Below the pieces are notes generated by a model, which was given only the letters and a program-made list of their open reading frames with translations, made no database searches and had not been told where the DNA came from. From a virus, in the IMG/VR virus record IMGVR_UViG_3300002026_002465, positions 1 through 64,000 of that record: 64,000 bases of DNA. One strand, 5' to 3'. Positions within the stretch are counted from its first letter, which is position 1; the number at the start of each line of letters is the position of its first letter. The position numbers were made by a program, and so were the translations under genes. Below are positions 18,760 to 25,691 of this stretch, one piece after another.

Positions 18760-18832
18760 CTAGGTGTAGGGCAGTTGGCAGCCTGTTTGCTCTGGAAGCA
18801 AAAAGTCGCTGGTTCAAATCCAGTCACCTAGA
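18760..18832 (+). tRNA. trnP: tRNA-Pro(TGG)
   Basis: TTTGC-TCTGGAA-GCAAA; CTAGGTG/CACCTAG. Confidence 0.9.
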
Positions 18833-18840
18833 CTATTTTT

Positions 18841-18912
18841 GGTCCTATAGATCATCGGTTAGATCGGTGGGTTTTCAACCCACAAAGTTCAGTTCAACTC
18901 TGAGTAGGACTA
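18841..18912 (+). tRNA. trnE: tRNA-Glu(TTC)
   Basis: GTGGG-TTTTCAA-CCCAC. Confidence 0.9.
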
Positions 18913-18918
18913 TATCAA

Positions 18919-19042
18919 GGGCGTGAAAAGGTTTCGACTGAATTGTTAATTCACTTCGACGTAAATGCACTAGACTCGAAAGAAGTGGTACCTTAAAAGG
19001 TTGTAATGGTTCAGGACCCCGGATCATTCCCGGGCACGTCCA
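18919..19042 (+). ncRNA. ssrA: Minimal tmRNA (124 nt)
   Basis: GGGCGTG/CACGTCC acceptor with G3.U70; 5' GGTTTCGAC and 3' GGAC-CCCGG...CCGGG tmRNA-type ends; TAAAT|GCA resume context, tag ALDSKEVVP-stop at 18967-18996. Confidence 0.75.
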
Positions 19043-19048
19043 GATTTT

Positions 19049-19130
19049 GCAAGTGTGGTGGAATGGTATACACGTTAGTTCGAGAAGCTAATGCCCAGAG
19101 GGATTGAGAGTTCGAGTCTCTTCACTTGCA
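19049..19130 (+). tRNA. trnL: tRNA-Leu(GAG), long variable arm
   Basis: TTAGT-TCGAGAA-GCTAA. Confidence 0.88.
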
Positions 19131-19134
19131 ACAT

Positions 19135-19206
19135 GTTCCCTTCGAATAATGGTTAGTTCAAGACCCTCTCAAGGTTTAGATACGGGTTCAACTCCCGTAG
19201 GGAATA
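19135..19206 (+). tRNA. trnE: tRNA-Glu(CTC)
   Basis: AGACC-CTCTCAA-GGTTT. Confidence 0.88.
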
Positions 19207-19212
19207 ATACAT

Positions 19213-19285
19213 GGCTCCTTACTCCAACGGAAGAGAGGACCGGCTTAGAACCGGTATGTTGAGGGTTCAAATCCCTTGGGAGCTA
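19213..19285 (+). tRNA. trnL: tRNA-Leu(TAG), short variable loop
   Basis: ACCGG-CTTAGAA-CCGGT; 5-nt variable loop. Confidence 0.85.
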
Positions 19286-19293
19286 TATTTCTT

Positions 19294-19368
19294 GGTCACG
19301 TAGCCCAACTGGAAGGAGGCAACTGGTTTAAGCTCAGTACAGTAAGAGTTCGAATCTCTTCGTGACTA
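19294..19368 (+). tRNA. trnL: tRNA-Leu(TAA), short variable loop
   Basis: ACTGG-TTTAAGC-TCAGT; 5-nt variable loop. Confidence 0.85.
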
Positions 19369-19372
19369 TATC

Positions 19373-19445
19373 GGTTCTGTAGCCCAACGGAAGAGGCAGC
19401 AAGCTCAAACCTTGTAAGGTGTCGGTTCGAATCCGACCAGAACCA
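19373..19445 (+). tRNA. trnL: tRNA-Leu(CAA), short variable loop
   Basis: GCAAG-CTCAAAC-CTTGT; 5-nt variable loop. Confidence 0.85.
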
Positions 19446-19571
19446 CTAAAGGCATGTAAACACCTCGAATACCTGATAACCTCCATGAAATAATGGTAAG
19501 GGTTAGGAACAATATTCTAAACGGATAATCTATTGACAGAAAAGTCAATTTCAGAATCAGTAACCTGAGTA

Positions 19572-19681
19572 GCTTTCATATCTGGTTTGAAGCTAGGCCA
19601 GCTTCTAGTAAAAGACTCAAAAAGTCTACAGTAAAGGGTTCTGCTTAACTGCAGAGAGGAGTTCGAGTCTCCTTGAGAGCT
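19572..19681 (+). ncRNA. Oversized tRNA-like RNA (110 nt, no assignable anticodon)
   Basis: GCTTTCA/TGAGAGC acceptor and GGAG-TTCGAGT-CTCC T-arm enclosing three hairpins. Confidence 0.55.
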
Positions 19682-19682
19682 A

Positions 19683-19926
19683 ACCTGATTATGCAAGCGG
19701 TCAAGCACACTTTTGTTATAGGGAGTGGGGATAAGAATTGTGAGTGGTTCTCGAAAAGCCAAATTCAGATTCTTTATGAGAAGCAATGATGAGAGATGAT
19801 AAATTAATTTGGAGTAATTGGCCAGTTTAATATCATTGAACAAAAGAGTTTATCAAATATGAAATGGTGAAACGTACGATAACACCAAAGTAATATTAAA
19901 CGGTGGTTCGAATCCATCATCGGGTC
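19683..19926 (+). ncRNA. tRNA-framed RNA with large internal insertions (244 nt)
   Basis: ACCTGAT/ATCGGGT acceptor, class-II-type D-arm, GGTGG-TTCGAAT-CCATC T-arm; CTTTTGTT/AACAAAAG stem encloses ~120 nt. Confidence 0.55.
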
Positions 19927-19931
19927 TTTTT

Positions 19932-20019
19932 GGAAGAGATAGTTAGGAGGGCGTACTAATGCTGTTTTGAAAACAGATAGTGACTGAAAGGCCATGCGGT
20001 TCGAACCCGCACTCTTCCG
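19932..20019 (+). tRNA. trnS: tRNA-Ser(TGA)
   Basis: GGAAGAG/CTCTTCC-G73; loop TTTGAAA; variable arm. Confidence 0.88.
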
Positions 20020-20026
20020 TTTTTTT

Positions 20027-20065
20027 GGGGGATTAGCTCATCTGGTAGAGCGTTAGCTTTACACA
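20027..20065 (+). pseudogene. 5'-half tRNA remnant (TAC anticodon loop, 3' half missing)
   Basis: GGGGATTAGCTCATCTGGTAGAGCG D-arm then TTAGC-TTTACAC with no pairing partner or T-arm. Confidence 0.55.
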
Positions 20066-20127
20066 CACAGGAAATTAGATAAATTGTTGAAAAAAATAGA
20101 TGATTGGGATAAAAAGTATTTAAATAA

Positions 20128-20201
20128 GGGCCTGTAGCTTATCTAGCAGAAGCACCTGATTTGCAATCAGGATATAGTCGGGGCAGCACCGATCAGGTCC
20201 A
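20128..20201 (+). tRNA. trnA: tRNA-Ala(TGC), atypical T-loop
   Basis: G3.U70; CCTGA-TTTGCAA-TCAGG; T-loop GGCAGCA. Confidence 0.88.
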
Positions 20202-20205
20202 TCAT

Positions 20206-20278
20206 GCCATTTTCGTATAAAGGCTTATTACACCACTCCTGTAAAGTGGATATCTGAGTTCGATTCTCAGAAATGGCT
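20206..20278 (+). tRNA. trnT: tRNA-Thr(TGT)
   Basis: CCACT-CCTGTAA-AGTGG. Confidence 0.88.
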
Positions 20279-20584
20279 TATCTTTTTATATTTTTCATAC
20301 AAGATAACTATATGAAAGAATATGGATTTATATCAAAAAAAGATTACAAAGGTTCATGGGATAGATTATTAGGTATAAAAAGATATGAACCTTTTCTCAG
20401 AAATGCTAATATGGTTATTGTGTTTTATACTGGAAATAATATGCATATTATGTTAGGTGGAAAAATGATAAAACTTCCCATTAATCAATGGCCTGATAAT
20501 TATTATCCTCTTGGTAGCACAATAAAAGAAATTCTTTCCAGTATATTTGATCATAATATTACAATTGTTGGTCCTATTGCTTAG
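20273..20584 (+). CDS. Hypothetical protein (likely start 20311)
   Basis: ORF inserted in tRNA array, AAGATAAC motif upstream of ATG 20311. Confidence 0.55.
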   Translation: MAYLFIFFIQDNYMKEYGFISKKDYKGSWDRLLGIKRYEPFLRNANMVIVFYTGNNMHIMLGGKMIKLPINQWPDNYYPLGSTIKEILSSIFDHNITIVGPIA

Positions 20585-20812
20585 TTTATGGCCGGGTGTC
20601 CCGAAAAGATTTGTTTATATTTTTATATGGGTTCAATACTTTTTATCGTCTTATATATAAGATATGGATTTAATAACAATATAAATCCTGAGATTATATC
20701 ACATCCTGCAAACTGTCAATTAATCTCTCAAAGAAAAAATAGTTCAAAACATATGAATTGTTCAATTACTATTGAAGAATTATAAGAAAGAATAAGTAAG
20801 TGGTAAATACAT

Positions 20813-20896
20813 ACCATGATAGCCAAGTTGGTTAAGGTCGCTGTCTGCAAAACAGATTGCTCTTCGGAGGCGTGGGTTCGAATCCCACTCATGGTT
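20813..20896 (+). tRNA. trnC: tRNA-Cys(GCA) with long variable arm
   Basis: ACCATGA/TCATGGT-U73; loop CTGCAAA; variable hairpin with TTCG loop. Confidence 0.85.
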
Positions 20897-20902
20897 TTTC
20901 TT

Positions 20903-20975
20903 GGTGGTAGTAGTTCAGAGGAAGAACGCCTGACTGTGAATCAGGAGGTCGAGATATCATAATTCTCCTATCACC
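20903..20975 (+). tRNA. trnH: tRNA-His(GTG), atypical T-loop
   Basis: G-1:C73 pair; CCTGA-CTGTGAA-TCAGG; T-loop ATCATAA. Confidence 0.85.
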
Positions 20976-20983
20976 CTTTTTTT

Positions 20984-21055
20984 GTTTTTATAGTTTAATG
21001 GAAAAAATAAATCTCTCCTAAAGATTAGATCTCAGTTCGATTCTGAGTAAAAACA
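20984..21055 (+). tRNA. trnR: tRNA-Arg(CCT)
   Basis: GTTTTTA/TAAAAAC; AATCT-CTCCTAA-AGATT. Confidence 0.8.
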
Positions 21056-21073
21056 AAGCATATGTAATTATAT

Positions 21074-21403
21074 ATGAAAAAGTATAAAGATAAATTACTA
21101 GTTATTCAAAACTTTAATATTCAAGATTTTGGTTTTAAAAAATCTAAATCAAGAAAAATCATTGCTAAAAATGAAGATATTTTTATAAACTGGATTTTAC
21201 AAACATTAAGAGCAATGGCAGAATGTCCTGATAAAAAATATAATACATGTTGTATATATATGAATAATCATAACAATAATATTTTGAATGAATATTTTAG
21301 TCCAATGTTTTGGCTTTCTTATTCACCAACAACAAATGATGAATTAAAAGATAGTGAATATGGTATCGATTTAAATGATCTATTTGAAATAGATTACCCT
21401 TAA
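21074..21403 (+). CDS. Hypothetical protein; stop codon lies inside tRNA-Gln
   Basis: 109-aa ORF after AAGCATAT motif. Confidence 0.65.
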   Translation: MKKYKDKLLVIQNFNIQDFGFKKSKSRKIIAKNEDIFINWILQTLRAMAECPDKKYNTCCIYMNNHNNNILNEYFSPMFWLSYSPTTNDELKDSEYGIDLNDLFEIDYP

Positions 21404-21466
21404 TTCGATTGGAACAGAACGCTGTCTCTGAAACAGTATAAGTGAGTTCGATTCTCACAAGGGTAT
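21395..21466 (+). tRNA. trnQ: tRNA-Gln(CTG)
   Basis: TACCCTT/AAGGGTA; GCTGT-CTCTGAA-ACAGT. Confidence 0.85.
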
Positions 21467-21482
21467 TAAAAAGGAAAAGAAA

Positions 21483-21821
21483 ATGAAAAAATTACTAATT
21501 ATTGCACTCTTGTTTTTAACTCTTCAGATGTTTTGTCAGAATTATAGTAAAGCATATCAAGCTGAATACTATAAAGAAAAGATTGACGAATTCGTTACTT
21601 TAAGTATGATCTATGATCCTGAGTCAAGAAATCTTATTATAATCTATGAAATTAAAGATAAGATGCTTGATGAAATTGAAGCCTTTATTCTTATGAGAGA
21701 TAGAATAAAATTATTTGCTAAAGATAAAGGCTTTTATCATTATGTAACATATAGTAATGATGTTATTAAACATAGAAACAACTCTGCAGAATTTACAAGG
21801 TTTATTGTTTTTTATGAATAA
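21483..21821 (+). CDS. Secreted protein / possible lipoprotein
   Basis: MKKLLIIALLFLTLQMFC signal. Confidence 0.65.
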   Translation: MKKLLIIALLFLTLQMFCQNYSKAYQAEYYKEKIDEFVTLSMIYDPESRNLIIIYEIKDKMLDEIEAFILMRDRIKLFAKDKGFYHYVTYSNDVIKHRNNSAEFTRFIVFYE

Positions 21822-22029
21822 TATGATGTATACGCAAGTTAAACTTATTAATGGTAATAGTCAAATCACATCATGGGTTGAAACAGATAAAGTTTTATTA
21901 AATAGAAAAGTGACTTTATCTGGATTAGATGGGTGGTGGGAAATAACAGAAATCTATCAAACATTAATTAAAGAAAAATTTGATAAATTAAATAAAGCAA
22001 CATTTAACTCAATCATCAAGCATATATAA
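21757..22029 (+). CDS. Hypothetical protein (true start probably further downstream)
   Basis: ORF in accessory cluster. Confidence 0.5.
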   Translation: MMLLNIETTLQNLQGLLFFMNNMMYTQVKLINGNSQITSWVETDKVLLNRKVTLSGLDGWWEITEIYQTLIKEKFDKLNKATFNSIIKHI

Positions 22030-22044
22030 TAAAGGGGTATTACA

Positions 22045-22227
22045 ATGACTGGACAAGAAATGTGGACTAAATCTTTTGAAAGACCCAGTAATTATTTTTA
22101 TTTATCTGCTCAAGAAAGATGGGATATTGATGTTAAACTTGGTCTTATAGAAGATTTTGATTATGTAGTGTCTTCTGAAGATAAGACAAGATTTAATGAG
22201 TATTTTTTACCAAATTTAGTGATGTAA
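22045..22227 (+). CDS. Hypothetical protein
   Basis: GGGG RBS, 60 aa. Confidence 0.55.
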   Translation: MTGQEMWTKSFERPSNYFYLSAQERWDIDVKLGLIEDFDYVVSSEDKTRFNEYFLPNLVM

Positions 22228-22266
22228 AAGTAGCACAAGAAATATTAGCATATTTATAAAAAACTT

Positions 22267-22348
22267 AGGTGTATGGCCCAGCGGCGACGGCGGTAGTCTC
22301 CAAAACTATTCTGTAAAAAGCACGGGGGTTCGAGTCCTCCTACACCTG
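22267..22348 (+). tRNA. trnW: tRNA-Trp(CCA) with extended variable region
   Basis: GTAGT-CTCCAAA-ACTAT; 14-nt variable region; G73. Confidence 0.85.
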
Positions 22349-22353
22349 ACCAT

Positions 22354-22426
22354 GGAGTGTTAGCTCAGCTGGAAGAGCATCAGGCCGTTAACCTGAGGGT
22401 CGGAAGTTCGAACCTTCCACACTCCG
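22354..22426 (+). tRNA. trnN: tRNA-Asn(GTT)
   Basis: TCAGG-CCGTTAA-CCTGA. Confidence 0.9.
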
Positions 22427-22441
22427 TATTTTTTTAACCCT

Positions 22442-22512
22442 GGAGACATAGCTTAGGGGTAAAGCAGGTGGCTGTTAACCACCTGACCAAAGTTCGATTC
22501 TTTGTGTCTCCG
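22442..22512 (+). tRNA. trnN: tRNA-Asn(GTT)
   Basis: GGTGG-CTGTTAA-CCACC. Confidence 0.9.
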
Positions 22513-22520
22513 TTTTTCAC

Positions 22521-22591
22521 GCCTGATTAACATAATGGTAGTGTTACTCGTTTACACCGAGTGAGTGGGAGTTCGATTCTCTCATCGGGTA
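22521..22591 (+). tRNA. trnV: tRNA-Val(TAC)
   Basis: ACTCG-TTTACAC-CGAGT. Confidence 0.88.
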
Positions 22592-22664
22592 TACCCTATG
22601 ATTTGTAGTGGCAACATTACTGGCTTTGACCCAGTTGTCCCTGGTCCGATTCCAGGTAGAGTAA
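22592..22664 (+). tRNA. trnQ: tRNA-Gln(TTG)
   Basis: ACTGG-CTTTGAC-CCAGT; one acceptor mismatch. Confidence 0.8.
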
Positions 22665-22677
22665 TAAGGGGATAAAT

Positions 22678-23007
22678 ATGTTTGGAGTGTTTTTTACTTT
22701 GGCTTGGACTTTTATAGCCTATGTTATAGTCGTTGCAGCAAGATTTTTACTTGCTATGATTTATAGCGTAAAATTTAAAAGTTATTTTCTAAATACAAGA
22801 TGGATAACAAACCCAATATGTTGGTTGCAAATTACTCCTCACTCTTTTGTGAAAAATCATAATGACTTTTTAGCAAAGGAACAAGATGAATTAGCAGAAG
22901 AAACGTTAGAGGAATTGTTATATATGAGTGAGAGTAGAAAAGAATTTTTTCCTGAATTTGATGATATTTGGGATGTGATAGAAAGCTTTAGAGATTGGAA
23001 GAAATAA
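22678..23007 (+). CDS. Membrane protein; stop codon lies inside tRNA-Ser
   Basis: N-terminal TM, GGGG RBS. Confidence 0.65.
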   Translation: MFGVFFTLAWTFIAYVIVVAARFLLAMIYSVKFKSYFLNTRWITNPICWLQITPHSFVKNHNDFLAKEQDELAEETLEELLYMSESRKEFFPEFDDIWDVIESFRDWKK

Positions 23008-23084
23008 GCCAAAGGGTTTGGTCGCTGCTTGGAAAGCAGATGGTAGATGAAACAAGCTATGGGGTTCGAATCCCCATTCTTCCG
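22997..23084 (+). tRNA. trnS: tRNA-Ser(GGA)
   Basis: GGAAGAA/TTCTTCC-G73; loop TTGGAAA; variable arm. Confidence 0.82.
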
Positions 23085-23284
23085 TTAAAACAAGGAATTT
23101 CATGTTAAATGTAGACTGGTCTAAACAAATAGCTCGAGAAGTTATCAAATCAATAAATAAAGGAAAAGAAATTGGCAGAGTGTGAAAAATGTAAAGATGA
23201 AGGTTGGGTTTTAATAAAACAAGTTCAAGATACTGTTCACCCTGGCTATGATATTTTTAAAGCTCTTTTATATGTAGAGTGTGA

Positions 23285-23506
23285 ATGCAAAAAGAGTGCT
23301 TAGATGCAAAACTTCTTCTTTTAGAAGCAGAGTGTAAAAAGTGCAAATATTATATAATATTTGAACCTTTCCTTCAAGAAGGACATTTAAGAGAAGGGAT
23401 TTGTTTGTTAAACAATGATTCATTAAAAAGTGATAAATTAGGTAATTATAGTAATGTTGAATATAGAAAAAAAGAATCATATTGTGAACATTTTGTTAAT
23501 ATATAA
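23285..23506 (+). CDS. Small Cys-rich protein
   Basis: CKKCKYY...GIC...YCEHF. Confidence 0.55.
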   Translation: MQKECLDAKLLLLEAECKKCKYYIIFEPFLQEGHLREGICLLNNDSLKSDKLGNYSNVEYRKKESYCEHFVNI

Positions 23507-23518
23507 ACAAGATATAAT

Positions 23519-24175
23519 ATGTCTAAAAAATATATTTTATTGTATGTAATATACATATCTATCGTTACATTTATTACCTATACTTTTATTTATAGTGAAA
23601 AAATAAATCATATAAAGCAAAATTATAGAAATCAACTTTTTCAAATAGTTGAAGTGTCGTCATTAATAATTAATCCTGATGATTTACAAGTTCTTGTATA
23701 TGGTGAAAATATAGAATATAGTTATAATGAAATTAATTCTAAATTAAGTAGAATTAAATCTATATATTCTGATATGATTACCTATCTCTATATTTACATT
23801 CCTTTTGAAAAAGGGATTGTAAAGTTTATAAATGATGCTGATGAAGATGTTGCTTTTTATGGTGATGAATATGATGCATCATTATTTCCAGTAATGCTTC
23901 AGGCTTTAGATACCAATACTTCTTTAGTAGAACATAATATAGTATATGATAAAGAATTTGATATTTGGGTTTTAAGTGCTTTTGCTCCTCTTTACAATAA
24001 AGATGGAAAACAAATAGCAACTCTTGGTTTAGATTCAAGTGCTAATAATTATTTTACGGTTGCTCAACAAGAAATAATAATAATTTTTTCATTTTCACTT
24101 GTTATAGTGTTGTTAAGTCTTGCTTTGCCATTGTCAATTATTTATTTATATAAAAAGATTAAAATGCAGATGTAG
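23519..24175 (+). CDS. Orphan periplasmic sensor (Cache-like) with two TMs and no cytoplasmic output domain
   Basis: TM-domain-TM; ITYLYIY, FINDAD, WVLSAFAPLYNKDGKQIATLGLD; ends ~8 aa after second TM. Confidence 0.7.
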   Translation: MSKKYILLYVIYISIVTFITYTFIYSEKINHIKQNYRNQLFQIVEVSSLIINPDDLQVLVYGENIEYSYNEINSKLSRIKSIYSDMITYLYIYIPFEKGIVKFINDADEDVAFYGDEYDASLFPVMLQALDTNTSLVEHNIVYDKEFDIWVLSAFAPLYNKDGKQIATLGLDSSANNYFTVAQQEIIIIFSFSLVIVLLSLALPLSIIYLYKKIKMQM

Positions 24176-24302
24176 GAGGAACCATGTTAGGATTTTTACT
24201 TGGTTTAATTATTGGAGCTTGTTCAGTTTATTTATTTAAAAAAGAAATAGATAATTTTTTGAATAAGTTTAACAAGAAAGCATAGTTTATAGTGTTAGAT
24301 TT

Positions 24303-24589
24303 GCCACCTTAGCTCAGTTGGTCAGAGCACGTGATTTGTAAGTAAGATTGCACACCATATTAGTAATAATATGTGTGAATGTTCCCTAATTCGGTGAAAG
24401 CTTTAATATGCTAATACCGAGCCAAGCAGGATAAGAAATTATCTGGGCGTGTGTAGAGACTATACAGGAACCATCCCACCATTAAGTTGAGGATGAAGAT
24501 AAAGTCCAGACCACAAACTTCGAAAGAAGGTGATGAAAATCATAGTGGTAAGAATCTCGGGGTCCACGGTTCGAATCCGTGAGGTGGCT
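24303..24589 (+). tRNA. trnT: tRNA-Thr(TGT) interrupted by a group I intron
   Basis: 5' exon 24303-24339 ending TTTGT, 3' exon 24553-24589 starting AATCTCG; GCCACCT/AGGTGGC acceptor. Confidence 0.85.
24340..24552 (+). mobile_element. Group I intron (213 nt, no ORF)
   Basis: Follows U, ends in G; R-like GAGACTATA and S-like GAAGATAAAGTCC P7 elements. Confidence 0.85.
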
Positions 24590-24598
24590 ATTGTTTTT

Positions 24599-24674
24599 CG
24601 GAATGTAGGCTAGTGGCGATGCCACCTGGTTTGGGACCAGGTATTCACCGTGGGTTCGAGTCCCACCATTCCGA
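24599..24674 (+). tRNA. trnP: tRNA-Pro(GGG)
   Basis: CCTGG-TTTGGGA-CCAGG. Confidence 0.9.
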
Positions 24675-24677
24675 TAT

Positions 24678-24863
24678 ATGGTTTTTATTATTATTTTTAT
24701 GCTCATATTTTTAATTTGCCCTCTTGTTGGAAAAGTTATTTTTAAAATAATGAAAAAAGAAAAAGATTACAGCTCAGAATTAACTATAGGTTTTATTTTT
24801 ATTTATGGTATGATTGCTATTTATTATCTAATAAAAAGCATAATTTTATATGTTCAGCAATAA
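24678..24863 (+). CDS. Small two-TM membrane protein
   Basis: Two hydrophobic segments. Confidence 0.5.
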   Translation: MVFIIIFMLIFLICPLVGKVIFKIMKKEKDYSSELTIGFIFIYGMIAIYYLIKSIILYVQQ

Positions 24864-24868
24864 TTCAC

Positions 24869-24939
24869 TCCTGGATAGTGTAGTGGTAGCACAACTGACT
24901 TTGACTCAGTTAGCAGAGGTCCGAATCCTCTTTCAGGAA
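24869..24939 (+). tRNA. trnQ: tRNA-Gln(TTG)
   Basis: ACTGA-CTTTGAC-TCAGT. Confidence 0.88.
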
Positions 24940-24961
24940 AATTTCTATAATAGAGGGATAA

Positions 24962-25144
24962 ATGCGAATCATTAGAGATGCTTCTCAAGAAATTGAAAAG
25001 AAATTGATTTGTAAAAACTGTGGTGTTGAACTTGGATATTTACCACTAGATGTTCATGAAAGAACGAATCATGATTATGGTGGTGGGGTGTATACAGTAA
25101 AATATATTACTTGTCTTAATTGTGGAAAAAAAAATGATTTGTAA
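24962..25144 (+). CDS. Small zinc-ribbon protein
   Basis: CKNCG...CLNCG. Confidence 0.65.
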   Translation: MRIIRDASQEIEKKLICKNCGVELGYLPLDVHERTNHDYGGGVYTVKYITCLNCGKKNDL

Positions 25145-25146
25145 TT

Positions 25147-25229
25147 GGAAGCTTGTGATAATGGTAGTCGCCCGGCTTTGAATACCGGTGATCCGAAAGG
25201 ATTTGAGAGTTCGAGTCTCTCAGCTTCCG
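25147..25229 (+). tRNA. trnS: tRNA-Ser(TGA)
   Basis: GGAAGCT/AGCTTCC-G73; loop TTTGAAT; variable arm with GAAA loop. Confidence 0.8.
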
Positions 25230-25247
25230 TAAGTAAAAGGAAAAAAG

Positions 25248-25661
25248 ATGAAGAAAATTGTAATCGCTATGGTTTTAATTTTTAGTGTTTTGATTAATGG
25301 ATTTGCACAAAAGACTATTGACCAAATGGATGGGTATGATTGGGTTACTATGAGTGATGCTCAACATACATATATGATTCAAGGTTATTTTCTTTCATGT
25401 GTTACAGTATTAAATATGATGTTTGAAAAGGCTCAAGCCACAATGCCAGAATCTCAACTTGGGGATTTCATGCTTAATCTTGAAAGACAGTTTCTTTATG
25501 ATGAGACGGTTGGTCAAATGGCAGAAATGCTAGATGATTATTATTCTTCTCCAAGTCTAAGACAATTTACATTATACAGAGCTATCCCATTCCTTGCAGG
25601 TAAAGAATGGTGGAATCGTAAAACAGGTAAAGTTGAATCTAGTTTAAAGAATGGTATTTAA
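25248..25661 (+). CDS. Secreted protein
   Basis: MKKIVIAMVLIFSVLINGFA signal peptide. Confidence 0.7.
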   Translation: MKKIVIAMVLIFSVLINGFAQKTIDQMDGYDWVTMSDAQHTYMIQGYFLSCVTVLNMMFEKAQATMPESQLGDFMLNLERQFLYDETVGQMAEMLDDYYSSPSLRQFTLYRAIPFLAGKEWWNRKTGKVESSLKNGI

Positions 25662-25691
25662 ACTTTTATAAAAATCCAGTAAAGATATAAT

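Noticed and set aside
19762-19830. AAT-GAT-GAG (NDE) inside the 244-nt RNA as a second canonical tmRNA tag
   Set aside because: The frame stops after one further codon, the acceptor stem lacks G3.U70 and the element has a full D-arm, unlike tmRNA.
19517-19995. Minus-strand ORFs 19517-19843 and 19804-19995
   Set aside because: Antisense to tRNA-like RNAs and tRNA-Ser; better explained by RNA structure.
20590-20606. GGCCGGGTGTCCCGAA as a tRNA 5' start
   Set aside because: Only ~16 nt resemble a tRNA; no D-arm completion, anticodon arm or T-arm follows.
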